Counted from the stretch's first letter, positions 50,636 through 63,873 are shown. The stretch: 63,926 bases of DNA from Octopus bimaculoides (GCF_001194135.2 NC_068990.1:60309312-60373237), one strand, 5' to 3'. Numbers and translations: made by a program. The notes: generated by a model from the sequence alone, not told the origin.

Positions 50636-50786
50636 TTGTATAAGCATGGCTCTGTGGTTAAGTAGCTCTCTTTGCGACCACGTGGTCTTGGGTTCAGTCT
50701 CAGTGTGTGGAACCTTGAGTAAGTGTCTACTACTATAGCTCTGGACTACAACCAATCCCTTGCAAATGAATTTGGTAGATGGAAAC
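50636..50786 (+). mobile_element. SINE family A, 5' half, running into a gap
   Basis: GGCTCTGTGGTTAAGTAGC..TTTGGTAGATGGAAAC. Confidence 0.8.
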
Positions 50787-51544
50787 NNNNNNNNNNNNNN
50801 NNNNNNNNNNNNNNNNNNNNNNNNNNNNNNNNNNNNNNNNNNNNNNNNNNNNNNNNNNNNNNNNNNNNNNNNNNNNNNNNNNNNNNNNNNNNNNNNNNNN
50901 NNNNNNNNNNNNNNNNNNNNNNNNNNNNNNNNNNNNNNNNNNNNNNNNNNNNNNNNNNNNNNNNNNNNNNNNNNNNNNNNNNNNNNNNNNNNNNNNNNNN
51001 NNNNNNNNNNNNNNNNNNNNNNNNNNNNNNNNNNNNNNNNNNNNNNNNNNNNNNNNNNNNNNNNNNNNNNNNNNNNNNNNNNNNNNNNNNNNNNNNNNNN
51101 NNNNNNNNNNNNNNNNNNNNNNNNNNNNNNNNNNNNNNNNNNNNNNNNNNNNNNNNNNNNNNNNNNNNNNNNNNNNNNNNNNNNNNNNNNNNNNNNNNNN
51201 NNNNNNNNNNNNNNNNNNNNNNNNNNNNNNNNNNNNNNNNNNNNNNNNNNNNNNNNNNNNNNNNNNNNNNNNNNNNNNNNNNNNNNNNNNNNNNNNNNNN
51301 NNNNNNNNNNNNNNNNNNNNNNNNNNNNNNNNNNNNNNNNNNNNNNNNNNNNNNNNNNNNNNNNNNNNNNNNNNNNNNNNNNNNNNNNNNNNNNNNNNNN
51401 NNNNNNNNNNNNNNNNNNNNNNNNNNNNNNNNNNNNNNNNNNNNNNNNNNNNNNNNNNNNNNNNNNNNNNNNNNNNNNNNNNNNNNNNNNNNNNNNNNNN
51501 NNNNNNNNNNNNNNNNNNNNNNNNNNNNNNNNNNNNNNNNNNNA

Positions 51545-51830
51545 GGGTTTTCGAGCGAGATCGTTGCCAGTGCCCCTGGACTGGCTCTTGTGCGGGTGGC
51601 ACATATAAGACACCATTTCGAGCGTGGCCGTTTTCGTGCGGGTGACACGTAAAAGCACCCACTACACTCTCTGAGTGGTTGGCGTTAGGAAGGGCATCCA
51701 GCTGTAGAAACTCTGCCAAATTAGATTGGAGCCTGGTGTAGCCATCCGGTTGCACCAGTCCTCAGTCAAATCGTCCAACCCATGCTAGCATGGAAAGCGG
51801 ACGTTAAACGATGATGATGATGATGATGAT
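51545..51830 (+). mobile_element. young RTE 3' UTR / family B copy
   Basis: CpGs intact; AAAAGCACCCACTACAC junction shared with the RTE UTR at ~1385-1410; (GAT)n tail. Confidence 0.88.
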
Positions 51831-51854
51831 GATATATATGTATGTATATGTGAG

Positions 51855-51889
<35 letters not shown>

Positions 51890-52091
51890 CTGTATATTAT
51901 ATATCATGACATTTATTTCAATTAGCTATTATACATTTTATTACATTAATTAAGGAAATAATTATTTAATAAATAATTAAATAATTAAATTCAATTAAGA
52001 AAACATTAACAATAATTAATAATAATTGAATAATCTTGTATAATTTTAATTTGTAAATACCTTGTATGACACTCTTCCACCTGTTTATGGC

Positions 52092-52163
52092 GTGCCAAAA
52101 TTATCTTGCACAGAGTGCCAAGATCATTTTGCCCAGAGTGTCAAGATTATCTTGCCCAAAGTG
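52092..52163. repeat. three imperfect 23-bp tandem repeats (GTGCCAAGATTATCTTGCCCAGA consensus)
   Basis: Seen directly. Confidence 0.85.
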
Positions 52164-53404
52164 TAGTGAGACATTGACGTATTGCTGGAGTTCATAGACT
52201 GATGGACGCCAGTGTCAGCAGTTTGGGTAAACACCCCACTTATGCTGGGCTGGCATGCTTTCTTTGCACATGGCTGTAACAACTGGCTGCTGGCACTGCT
52301 ACCAGAAGATTGTCTGTGTTTCCCATAGGAAAAGCTGCCTTTTATCCTCTCCTCAAACTGGATAGCATGCCCTGGGTGTTTCCTCTTGACATGCAACTTC
52401 AATTTTGGGATCTAGCCCAAAGTTGAGGTTAACTTCTCAAGTCTTGCTGACTCACAAGGGCTGGTTTCCTGGTTTTCATGGTGTATAAATTTTCCACCTG
52501 GATGGAATGCTGGTCAATCACAGGATTACTCATTTTTGCCAACTGAGTGGACTGAAGCAACTTTAAAGTAGAAAATTATGTTTTATATTCAAATTGATCA
52601 GAGCCCATGGTAATGATGATTTATTAACACAAAGTTATATATTTTGCTTGCTTAACCAAACAATATGTTAGCTAACTCAATTTTCTTTATCACTGTATTA
52701 ACCACACGCTGGTTATTTCTGATATCAAAATGTCAGAAATAAAGAAACCCACCTTTGAATCATAACTTAAGCTTGTTTTAAACAAAAGAGTACATGTCTT
52801 TGTCTCTCAGAATCTAGTTGAGATTATACAGAAAAAAAAACTGGCTGTGGAAGATTAAAAGCAACACGGATGAAATAAGAATGTCATAGTGAATTGGTTG
52901 CAGATGGTAGCAAAGATTATATAAGACATGATAATTGGGATTTGTCTAAAATATTTAAAATCAACTGGAAAAGTAATGACAGAAAGAGACAAGAAGAGAG
53001 AGGGGTGGAATGGCAAGAGGGATAGAGAGAGGGAGAGAAAAAATGAGAGAGGGGGATGAAGACAGAGAGGAGGTGGAGAAAGATACCATTATATTGACCT
53101 AGCCAACCTAGTATCACATGGAAAAAAAGTGACCATGTGAAATAAAATATTGAGAAATGATGAATGCATATGACAATATTTTGCATCAGTGGTATAAAAT
53201 TTTGATATAATATTTAATATCCTAAGGGAAATCTATTTTTGTGCTGTGAAAATCAATATGTCTGTTACAGAAGACTGGTAGAGAAAAATATGCCTTTGTA
53301 AGCTGACAACAATTTTAAGTTTTGCAATCATGATATTGAATATCAGTGTAGGATTACTCAGTGTTCAGAAGGCAGTGTGTTTGGAAGACACTGTAATCAA
53401 AAAT

Positions 53405-53457
<53 letters not shown>

Positions 53458-53984
53458 CATTATTATTACTAGATACATAAAACAAAACAAGCAAACAGGA
53501 AAACAGAATGAGTTTGATAAATTATAATTAAACAAAATGAAAAAAATTATTTGAAAGTATGAAAATTAATTTCATATTAATTTAATGTAAGATTTGATTA
53601 TTCATCAGATTTGCGTATGCTAGTGTGTTTGCTGTAATGCAGCTGTTAAAATGTAGTTTTGGAAGACAACATTTTAGAATATAATGAATATATTTGAAAA
53701 GAAAGGATTAATATACAAAATACCAAAGTATGGAGCCTTAAGGCACAGTGAACTAAGAATCACTAGGAATATTAGCAGGAAGTCATTTTAACAATGTGAA
53801 AAAATAAAGTAAATAACCTGCTTCCTCCATAATTATTCACTGTAAGATGTCAACATGTTTAATTGTTTGCAAACTGGTGAAAAGGATTAGTTGCCACAAA
53901 ATATATGTCTTTTATGTCATTGTTATCATTATTAAATAGCTGTACCATTTATAAAGCCTTCAGACTTAGACATAAGTTCTCCCA

Positions 53985-54330
53985 CATTGCAAGATGCTTG
54001 AAGTAGCTAGTTTGTTCTCATATGATCAATCTGCTGCTATTCTTTCCACTCGTACCCAACTTATCCACATGCTTTTGAGGTCTTCTTTGAATATCATCAT
54101 CTTAGGATGCAGAGGGGCTGGTATAGGACTGCCAGTGATGGCGAGCACTGGTAGGCCTGGTCAGCTCTTTGCACATTGAAGTCTCTGACACCACTAACCT
54201 GCGATAACCCCAGCCTCTTCATTCAAGAGCATGAAGCAAGACAGCAAGCTTTGAATATCTCACACTTGGTGTCTTTTGTGAAGGTTGGTTCTTTATCTGC
54301 TTCCCTTCTTTCCATTTTCATAACATTCCG
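53985..54330 (-). mobile_element. possible very old RTE-like LINE remnant
   Basis: TKDTKCEIFKACC and FKEDLKSMWISWVRVERIAAD* weakly resemble RTE C-terminal motifs. Confidence 0.35.
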
Positions 54331-55259
54331 GTCTTTACATATTGAGTAACAGGTTAGAGCAAAATGTAACCGGCCAGTCAAAACCAATACAATGCCATAG
54401 TATTTTGTAATGGCTTGGATTTGGATTTGCTTTGCAAAAAGATTTCCTCATTCTAATTCAATCAAACAAAATAACTTTGAAGATCTTCTGTCAGCCTTAT
54501 TGGTGGAATGTGTCCATTTTTTGGGGGCCATCTTCCATGATATTTGTTCATGTTTCATTACCACACAGGACAGAACTTTATAAGAAAATTCTTATGTCAG
54601 AACTAGTACTTGTACTCACATTTGATGCATATTTTGAAATATGGTCTGTGATTTTCTGATTCTACCATTCACATTATTTTCTATACTTTCTTCCCTCCTG
54701 ACTAGACTGCAAATAGCTGACAGTGATGATGAAGGTAATTGATGGGAATGCTACATGAGTGCAGTGGAGTGAAGTGAAAAGGCTTTGTTGCACTGTTGGT
54801 AAAAACAATAACTGGACTACAAGATTTACTTATCAAGCTCAAAGAATAGGCTGTAAAGGCTGGGTTCAGAATTAGCTATGAAGATACTAAAGTGATGCAG
54901 AATAATACCACAACCTAACCTTCTATCTTCATTGGACAGCAAGTTGTAGAAGATAAGAATAATTTCTTAAATTATTTATAAAATTATCATTGGCAGATTC
55001 GATCATTTTATTTCATACTATCAATTTAAATGTATTACTGAAAAATTAAGTATATATTTTTTTGTTACTTGTTTGGAAGGTTATCCAGTCTAAAATTAAG
55101 CCAATCCTTCAGTATGTATGCAGTAGGTACACAATTATTCAATTAAACCCTTTTTGAAATTAATTCCCTAAGCAAAACCTTCCATTTTGTAACATAACCA
55201 TGGGCATTACTCTTTAATACAATTGAAATTCGAAAAAAGACAAAAGTTTAAAAAATAAT

Positions 55260-57330
55260 TGTTTAACCTCATTTATAAGCTGGAGTCTTCAATTTACTAG
55301 AGCAAATATGTTTTCACAGAAATTTTCTATTTTAATGAGATGTTGGAGTAAATAATTTTTGACTGACATAAGAGCTAACTCTGAAAATCTCAGTACTGTC
55401 GTATTTTGTTGGTAGATTTTAATTCACTTCAGTGCTAGAAAGAACTGCCTTACAGAGGCAGTTGTTGAAGGAATTGTCAAAACTAAATTGCAAAGACTGA
55501 TGAATCCTGGCATTGCATTAATTTAATAAGATCATTGACTAAAATATGACATTAAATTACATATACTTTGCTTTTAAATATTGCATTCAATATATAATAT
55601 TTAGTTTACTCTGTAAATGAAATACAAAAATAAACTACAAGTGATTCTTAAAGAATTTATGGCATCCACTAAAAAGCTTTTGAAATATTCTTCAGCTTTG
55701 CTAAAATTGGAAGTTCCATAGGTTTAAGCATTTCTAAGGATGAATATCTTGCTTTTAATTTTTCAACTTTTGTGCCAGTTATTTTGTTACAGAGCGTTTT
55801 TAAATGTTGTTGTGAGCTAACAGTTTCATTTCTGGATTTCTTAGTTTGGCTTGTTCATCTATACCATATTTTACCTCTAACATTTCATAACACTATAGCA
55901 AGATCTCCAGTGAAATGTGCATAGTTCTATTTTATCTCTTTGAACTGTGCAATATATGGTGCCAAGACTTTTAGTCTGAAGGATGTTAAATAATAAAAAA
56001 AATCAATGGTGCCCCAACTTGACTGTAGCTTTGAAGCAGAAACATTTTAAAGATTAAAAGATTTATAAAAATATATATATAAAATATTTTAAGTAGAAAC
56101 AGAAAATTAAGATCTTTGAAATTGTAGCGAAATCCAATTGAAGAATTTATAGTAATCCAATACTACAGTTTGAGATTTTCAATGATGCTTTTAAAGTGGT
56201 TGATTGAGAAATTACAATTTTCTTTTGCAGTATTAATTAGATGTGATAAGTAATTCAAACTAATTGCTGCAACTTTGGGAAATCTTCTTTTTTTAACATT
56301 ATTATCCATCACATTAGTTCTTTGGGGTAATTTCATAAAAAAAAATGTACTCAATCCATTTATTGTAGAAAAAACATATTGCATTCTTTTGTTGCAAAGC
56401 CTGCTTGCAAAAGAACTAGATTTAGCACATGAGCATAACAATGATTAAGGATTGTAGATTCATATTTCTCCCTTACTTTTGACTACAGCCCATTTAATTG
56501 TCCTACCACTGAAGGAGTGCCATTATAGGTTTTTGCAATTAATTTCACATTGCCAAATTTCAATGTATTTAAAAACATGTGCAGATAAAATATATGCTGA
56601 ATGGTCTGCACAAACATCATTAAAACCAATAAATTGTTCTTTAGTGACATAATCTTTTGTAACATAATACAAAGCAGTTGGCAGTTATGAATACTATTGT
56701 ATGTCAGACATTTCATCAACAAGTATAGCAACAAATTTAGCCTGCTTAAGTTCATTTTCTATTTCATTCAACATTACCTTTTGAATCACCTCAATTGAAT
56801 CATTTTGAATTCTGTTTGAAAAACCCAAGTAAACATCACCTGTATTTGATGGTTTGCCAATTTTTCATCATACTTACTGATTAGATATAAAAGTTCTTTA
56901 TAATTCCCATGGTTATTGGATACTTTGGATTAAAAATGACCACAAAATGATATTGGCGACCTAAAACAATAACTGCATCAATCAATCTTTGCAGAATAGC
57001 TCTACTTCACCTAACTCTTTTATTATACTGCTGTATGCTTTATCTTTTATGTACACCTAATTCTAAGTTTATGCAAACAACTCCAAATATTTTAAGATTG
57101 ATCAAGGATTTTATATGGCTTTGAGAACACTCATGTTTTAACATAGCTATATGTAGATTATTTCAATCTTCTCTGTTATTGTTCCAAACTGTTTTTCCTA
57201 CACTAAATGACAAGCATGACTACTGAGATAACTTATTTAACTTACCACTTTCTCTGAGCAGTTTTCTCAAATAAATTTGAAAATGTCTAATACATTTCTT
57301 GTTGAAACTTTGCAAATTAAGTCATCTTAG
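55260..57330 (-). pseudogene. decayed hAT (Tip100/ZMYM1-like) transposase
   Basis: Across many stops and shifts: TVWNN..KHECSQSH; ILQRLIDAVIVLGRQ; NHGNYKELLYLISKYD; SNRIQND; AKFVAILVDEMSD; KTYNGTPSVVGQLNGL; HCYAHVLNLVL; LFNILQTKSL; LVLTIPSTTASV; RFSELALMSV. TIRs not found. Confidence 0.9.
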
Positions 57331-57503
57331 CATTGGCTTGCTACCATTTATAATTAATAATTCTCATCAGTCTTTTTTTTTTTTTTTTTGAAAAACTTTT
57401 TCTCAAAAGTTCTTCACAATTCACATTTTAATGACTTGAGCCAACATTTCAAATGATATTTAAGAAAGGAATAAGGGATTCAATGTTTTGATATGGCACC
57501 ATG

Positions 57504-57547
<44 letters not shown>

Positions 57548-57991
57548 TGTGTGTGTGCATGCATGGGTGCATGCTCGTTTGGAGAATTGAAAGGTGACAG
57601 GTTAAAAGTCAAATAAAACAATAGAAGATACCTTTGTAAATTATCAAAGCTTAGTTAGTTAATGAAGGCAATGAAAGAAAGTAAAAAAAAAAGCAAAACA
57701 ACATTTTTGGGGAACAGAATATTAAATAAATGTTTGTGTTCATTGTGTAAGTTGCCTTTTGCTAGTAGTTTGTAAACTTTTGTACGTTTAGTCAGTGTTG
57801 TTGGTGAGGCTGATACAATAACTGTTATAAAAAATCTTTGGAACAGAAATGCAACAGGAATCGATAAAATAAGTACCAGTTGTGTTCTGGTGTTGATAAA
57901 ATCCACTTACTCTCTTCCCTGAAATTACTGGCCTTGTACCAAAATTTGATACCAATACACACACACACACTCACACACACACACACACACT

Positions 57992-58023
<32 letters not shown>

Positions 58024-58219
58024 TATAGTCAATCAAGTGAACAGTGTTAAAAGTAACAATGACAAACAACAAGAGGGCATGCACATGAAATGCATTTGTT
58101 TGACTTTTAGTGAAAAGAGAGAGATTTTGATGTCTGGGTATAGCTCTTTACCAGGAAGGAAAAGAAGAAAGAGGAAAAGTCCAAAGATGAAAAAAATCAC
58201 CAACAGCATGTGTGTAGTT

Positions 58220-58505
58220 ACATTGCTGAAGTATATACATACACTCCGTCGAGGGTTCCAGTTGATCCGATCAACGGAACAGCCTGCTCGTGAAATTAAC
58301 GTGCAAGTGGCTGAGCACTCCACAGACATGGAGTTCTCGGGGATATCCAGCGTGACACAGTGTGACAAGGCTGACCCCTTGAAATAGAGGCACAGCAGAA
58401 ACAGGAAGTAAGAGTGAGAGAAAGTTGTGGTGGAAGAGTACAACAGGGTTCACCACCATCCCCTGCCGGAGCCTTGTGGAGCTTTAGGTGCTGTCGCTCA
58501 ATAAA
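58220..58505 (+). mobile_element. retroposon 3' end (further SINE/LINE family)
   Basis: CpG-retaining block GATCCGATCAACGGAACAGCCTGCTCGTGAAATTAACGTGCAAGTGGCTGAGCACTCC..GCTCAATAAA; family identity from recollection only. Confidence 0.55.
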
Positions 58506-58623
58506 NNNNNNNNNNNNNNNNNNNNNNNNNNNNNNNNNNNNNNNNNNNNNNNNNNNNNNNNNNNNNNNNNNNNNNNNNNNNNNNNNNNNNNNNNNNNNNN
58601 NNNNNNNNNNNNNNNNNNNNNNN

Positions 58624-58658
<35 letters not shown>

Positions 58659-59649
58659 TGTAAATAATAATAAAAATCAAAAATGAAATTGTCTAAAAAT
58701 GTTTTGATTTTCTTTCTCATTGCACATCAATATACCTCACAATGTATGAATTATTAAGTTCTTTTTAAAGTCGTTATATTTCACAATAACATTTTGTAGG
58801 CATTCTCATGCATGCAGGAAAGCCTACTTTTTTCTGTCGAGGGCTTATATGCCCCATTATTAGACTATTTTCCTTAGTTATTTGCACGGTGATGGCTATA
58901 AGCTTTAAGCTTATAAAAAAAATACCATTATTATTATTTACAGAATTGTAAAACTTGACACCGCTTAACAAAACCAAATATATATAAAAATGCGTGTGTG
59001 TGTGTGTGTATACAACAGCAGACAGATAGATACACACACTCGCTGCACACACACACAAACACACACACACACACACAGGATTGATAAACTGCTAAGACTT
59101 CAAGATTAAGGTGATTTGTGTTACTGGGTAGATTTACATTTGCAGTAACAGAACTGGTTGTTTATTGTTGCAGCATTAGAAGTTATGGAATTTCAGTAAA
59201 CATTTGTTAAGAGTTAAAAATAATTAAGTTAAAATTAACAAAAGAAATTATCAAAGAACTACTAACCTGGAGATATGCCATATGCAAACCTCTAAAAGAA
59301 CTGATATCATGAAAGCGTGAACGATGAAAATGATCATGGAAATCATTGTGATAACTAACATAATAATTTATTTTGAGAATTAAAGAAAAATACAAGATGT
59401 TATTGTGAAATATGACGACTTTAAAAATAGCTTAATAATTCATACATTGTGAGGTATGTTGATGTGGAATGAGAAAGAAAATCTAAACATTTTTAGACAA
59501 TTTCACAATCATTTTTTTCTTGATTGACATTTGCCAACATGAATCACCTCTCAACACACTGAGTTATTATTGATGAAGCCGCTGCATGGTCACTCAACAT
59601 GCTAGAAATACCAGCCAGGTCTCTTTCAAATAACACTCTACTGTCTTAG

Positions 59650-59869
59650 CCCTTTTGTTACTGTATTTATTTTAAGATGCTCTGTATTTCTTTCAATTAC
59701 TTTAAATGTAACAAAGAATTTAGTAAAATAACTTAGTTATCATTCAGCTAGTGTTAGGAACATAAATTGTGACTAAGGTTTGATGGAAGATTTTAGTTCA
59801 AAACTTATGAAAACAAGACATTTGTACTCAGAGCCAGAGTTGGTTTCAACTGGGTTGGTAAGAAAAGAG
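59650..59869 (-). mobile_element. piggyBac-type MITE family 2, inverted copy
   Basis: Reverse complement of 41188-41408; TTAA at 59870-59873. Confidence 0.85.
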
Positions 59870-60490
59870 TTAAAGAAGAAAAGAGTGGTCAATGTGGACA
59901 TTGATATACAAAGAGATAAATGTTGGGCTGAACAGCAGCAACAAAAACATTAACTCCATGTTAGTTTAGCATAACTTCTAACCTTGCCCCTTTAACAAAC
60001 CTTACTTCAAGGAATGCATTCAAGGATTATGCCAAAATATAAGCAGGTTTTTACTTTAATTTCTAATTTTACATCTGATCTCTTTTATCTTTGCCAAACC
60101 CAGTTCTGCAACCTTATCTTTACTGTCTTGTATATTACCATTGCTTCTATGTAATCTTGAAGGCCAGGGTTAGTGCTACATACAAGCTGATCACTTAAGG
60201 CACAAAAAAATCAGGGATACCACAAATAACTGAGATAAAATTTCTTAATCTAATCAGAAAACTGGAAACTTAGTAATACATAAAGAAGGAGGTCACTCCT
60301 GAAATAAACAAGACTAGAGGACATGGTTGAATGGAGAGGAGCCAAAGGGCTCATGTTTTGTAATGGCATGAATCAATACGAAATGTTCCAATATTTCAAA
60401 TTGGCCCAGTAACAGATTCTCTCGGAGATATGTATGATCCTAGAACAATAAATTTCTTGTTTGTAAGTTAATTATAATTTTATTTTCCAG

Positions 60491-60608
60491 TTGGTATAAA
60501 GAGGATGATAACTTTGGAGGATGTTATATGAAGAAATTGGAGAAAGAAGCTCTTATTGTAGGACTGGGAGAATGGGGTGCACATTGTAAAGCTGACCCAG
60601 TGTGCTAA
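60491..60608 (+). CDS. candidate terminal exon (xWYKEDDNFGGCYMKKLEKEALIVGLGEWGAHCKADPVC*), unverified
   Basis: TTTTATTTTCCAG acceptor and an open frame to TAA; no homology recognised. Confidence 0.2.
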
Positions 60609-60787
60609 ATACTCTGGTATCAAATTGTAAAGCTGGTTCAATGCTAATACTCTGGTTTCAGCCCTGCTGAAGGCTCTTATTTACATTTTAATAGTATACT
60701 TATTCTTTTGATTTTGATTGCTATACATTTTTAAGTTCACCAAACCCATATCTCTTTCTCCAAGGAACCCAGTTCAAAACCCTTTAT

Positions 60788-61018
60788 TAGAGGTTTTCAA
60801 CCCTTTTTCACTTATGGATCTTTTTGATTCCAATTTTGCTCTACTGTAGCGTTATACCCATTCAATGTTTAAAAATATGCTATTGTAATTTTTATATTAA
60901 GAATTGTTTAATGTAAAAAGACTGTTAGAATATTTTGTGTATTGTAGAAGCATAACCAATTTATTGTATATAAATTTAAACAACAAAATCTTATATGGAC
61001 CCCAGTAGAGAACCACTG
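60788..61018. mobile_element. hAT (Charlie-type) MITE, uninterrupted copy
   Basis: Degenerate TIRs TAGAGGTTTTCAACC / GAGAACCACTG, followed by CTCTAG. Confidence 0.75.
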
Positions 61019-61221
61019 CTCTAGGTGCTCCTTTTCCTCAAATTATAGGGGATACTACAGATCTTTAAGTAATGTTACTGAAATTATTATTATTATCATG
61101 CATCTCAACAAATTTTTGTGATTATCCTTAATATTTTACTGGACATCTTGATGAACATTTCTTTGGACTTCATATTTGTTTTGTCCCTCTTATTTGTGTT
61201 AAACCTTCTCTTGTTTAGCAG

Positions 61222-61280
61222 GAAAAGAAAAACATGATAACTTGGATCCAGTTTACGATGCAGTGAATAACAATTATTGA
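61222..61280 (+). CDS. candidate terminal exon ((G)KEKHDNLDPVYDAVNNNY*), unverified
   Basis: CCTTCTCTTGTTTAGCAG acceptor (NAGNAG) and a short open frame. Confidence 0.2.
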
Positions 61281-61774
61281 TTTGGTTCGGATAGACTCGT
61301 TTTTTATTCAAATAACTGACTACCACCACAAAATGACAATGAGATAATATGAATTTATTATGAGTAAGGTTGTTTGTTTATTGTGTATGTGTGCATATGT
61401 GTATGTAAGTTGGGTGTATGTGTGTATCATTCTGCATGTGGGAAGTGGCCTTTCTTTTGTATAAGAGAGATCTTTCCTGTTAAAAAGGAATGTCAGTTGT
61501 TGAGAAACAGAGGATTTTCTGATCCAGAGGCAAGAAACTGTGCACTGTTTGAGGAAGGTTGTTGTTGTTAGAGTTGTTGCTGCTGTAGCCATTGTTATTA
61601 GTTTACCATCATTAATCAAACTGGTTGCTAATTAAATATACTTCAACTGTGACCATATAGCTCTTTCTGTTTCAACAAAAGTGTACATGTGTTAGCATTA
61701 TTCAATATATCATTTGTTGTTTAAGATGAAGATGGTAAAAATATAAAAAAAGAAAACTGTTGATGTGTTGTATA

Positions 61775-62215
61775 GGCATGGATTTGTGGCTAAGAAGTTT
61801 CACTTAAGCACCTATGCTGGTGCCATGTATAAAGCACCCAAGGAGAGTTCCACTTAGAAAGCTTACAGTACACTGTGTAAAGTGGTTGGCATTAGGAAGG
61901 GCTTCCAGCTGTAGGAACCAAGCCCAAAACAGACAATTGGAGCCTGGTGCAGTTTTCTGGCTTGACAGCTTTTGTCAAAACTGTCCAACTCATGCAAGCA
62001 TGGAAAATAGACATTGAATGATGATGAGGAGGAGGAGGGGGGCTGTGGCAGCGGGGGAGGAGGAGAATTTGCTCCCCAGTCATGTAGCTTCATGTTGGGT
62101 TTCACTTTGCAGCACTTTGGGCAGGTGTCATCTGCTGTAGCCATGGGTTGGCCTAAACCATGTGAGAGGATTTGGAAAACTGAAACTGAAAGGAGCCTGT
62201 TGTATGTATATGTAC
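61775..62215 (+). mobile_element. family B tail (61810-62030) nested among family A head fragments
   Basis: AAGTGGTTGGCATTAGGAAGGGCTTCCAGC..GATGATGA; CACTTTGGGCAGGTGTC..GAAACTGAAAGGAGCC. Confidence 0.7.
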
Positions 62216-62409
62216 ATATGTTCGTGTGTGTTTGTATATGGGTGTACATGTGTGCGCGCGCATGTATATGCATCCAGGTCTTAACATCATGTTATGGATG
62301 TAAATGAGTACCACTGTCATACAAACGATGAGGCATAAGATTCTATTTACTTCTGGATAAGTGATGTAGAGTAACATGCTGCAGTTTTCCACCAGTATAG
62401 TTGCAGCTC

Positions 62410-62580
62410 AGTCTCCTCCTCCTCCTCCTCCTCCTCCTTGTCATCACCATTATTGTAGTTGTTGTCATTGTCATCAATGTTGAAATCATCATTATTATCG
62501 TCGTCATTGTCATCATCATTGTTCTCATCATCATCACCTTCCTCCTCTTCTTCATCATCATAACTTTCGTCATCATTTCA
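62410..62580. repeat. compound (CCT/CAT/TGT)n repeat
   Basis: Seen directly. Confidence 0.95.
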
Positions 62581-62816
62581 TGTCCACTCCCCCTGCTGGT
62601 ATCAATTGGATAGATTGCCAGGCTGATTCAGTTTTTTATTTGCCTTCTTACACAAGCTGAAGGTCATGTCTTACACATATGTTCTATTTTCAGCATGGTC
62701 TCAGCAGCTTGTTGTCCTTCCTATCACCAGCTACTTTACAGAACATACTGGATGTATTTTCCTGTGGCACTGGCATCAGGGAGGTTGTTTTGCCCACAGC
62801 AAACCCTCTATTAGTA

Positions 62817-63320
62817 ATTTGATTTAGAAAGGATCAGAGAAAATATATAGAAATGATGATTTAAAAAAATGTTGGTGTGTGTGTGTGTGTGGGGGGGGAT
62901 TCACTTTTCATGTAATGTTTTTACTAAAGATAAAGAATGTGTGGGAAGAGAGATTGACAGAAGCGAAGGGTGGTGAAAGGGGTCAGAGAGAGACAGACAG
63001 AGAGTATTTGATTTAGAAGGGATCAGACAAAATATATGGAAATAATTTTTTGTTTTTAGTGTGGAGATTCATTTTCCATGTAAAGAATGGGTGGGAAAGG
63101 TAATAGAAAAAAAAAGAGGGGTGCTGAAAAGGGTCAGAGAAAGACAGACAAAGAGAGCATTTAATTTAGAAGGGATCAGAGAAAATATATGGAGATGCTG
63201 ATTTTTTTTTGGGTGGGGGATACACTTTTCATGTAATATTCTCACTAAAAAGTGAGTGGGGGAAGGGGTAGAAAAAGAGAGGAATTGTGAAAGGGTCAAA
63301 GAAAAACAGACAGAGAGAGT
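62817..63320. repeat. three diverged tandem units of ~150-190 bp
   Basis: Units begin ATTT(G/A)ATTTAGAA(A/G)GGATCAGA at 62817, 63006 and 63159. Confidence 0.85.
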
Positions 63321-63719
63321 GACAAGAAACAAATTCACACAAGTATCTCCATTAATCATCTTCATTTATAACTGCAGTTATTTTCCTTAGCTAATTTTTT
63401 TTGCAATTAATACTGTGGTTAGATAGTAACATAATACTTCAGAACAAAAGAAAAAAAGAAAACAATTACATCAAAAACATGACTTACTTATTTGAGAGGG
63501 TCAGTGTTCATTTATTTTAAAGACAAGATAATGGTTTCAAGTTGCACAATTCATATGTATTGAAGTATCATGATTGTTGATGAGATGAGAATTATATTAA
63601 TAAAGATGATACACATATTTAGCCAGAGGGATGGGTTCGACAGGTTCAAATGAATTCTCCATTACTCTTACAGCTACATATAAATATAATAATAATCTGA
63701 TTGTATTGTCAAGAAGTCT

Positions 63720-63850
63720 ACATGAAAGCCATGGTGCTTTGAGTTCAATTCCATGGTACAGCACCTTAGGTTAGTGGCTAATGGCCTCAGCCTAAGCAAT
63801 GACTTGTGAGTGAATTTCTTAACTGGAAATTGTGTGCAAGACTGTCATAT
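63720..63850 (+). mobile_element. SINE family A, 5' half, diverged
   Basis: GAGTTCAATTCCATGGTACAGCACCTTAGG..CTTGTGAGTGAATTT. Confidence 0.65.
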
Positions 63851-63873
63851 GTGTGTGTGTGTGTGTGTGTGTG

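Noticed and set aside
820-51755. The long ORF-track entries (100-414 aa) containing X runs
   Set aside because: They span N-gaps and (TA)n/(CA)n repeats, so they are artefacts
60463-60490. Apparent 28-nt intron GTAAGT...TTCCAG
   Set aside because: Too short for a typical metazoan intron, and the flanking open frames are phase-incompatible
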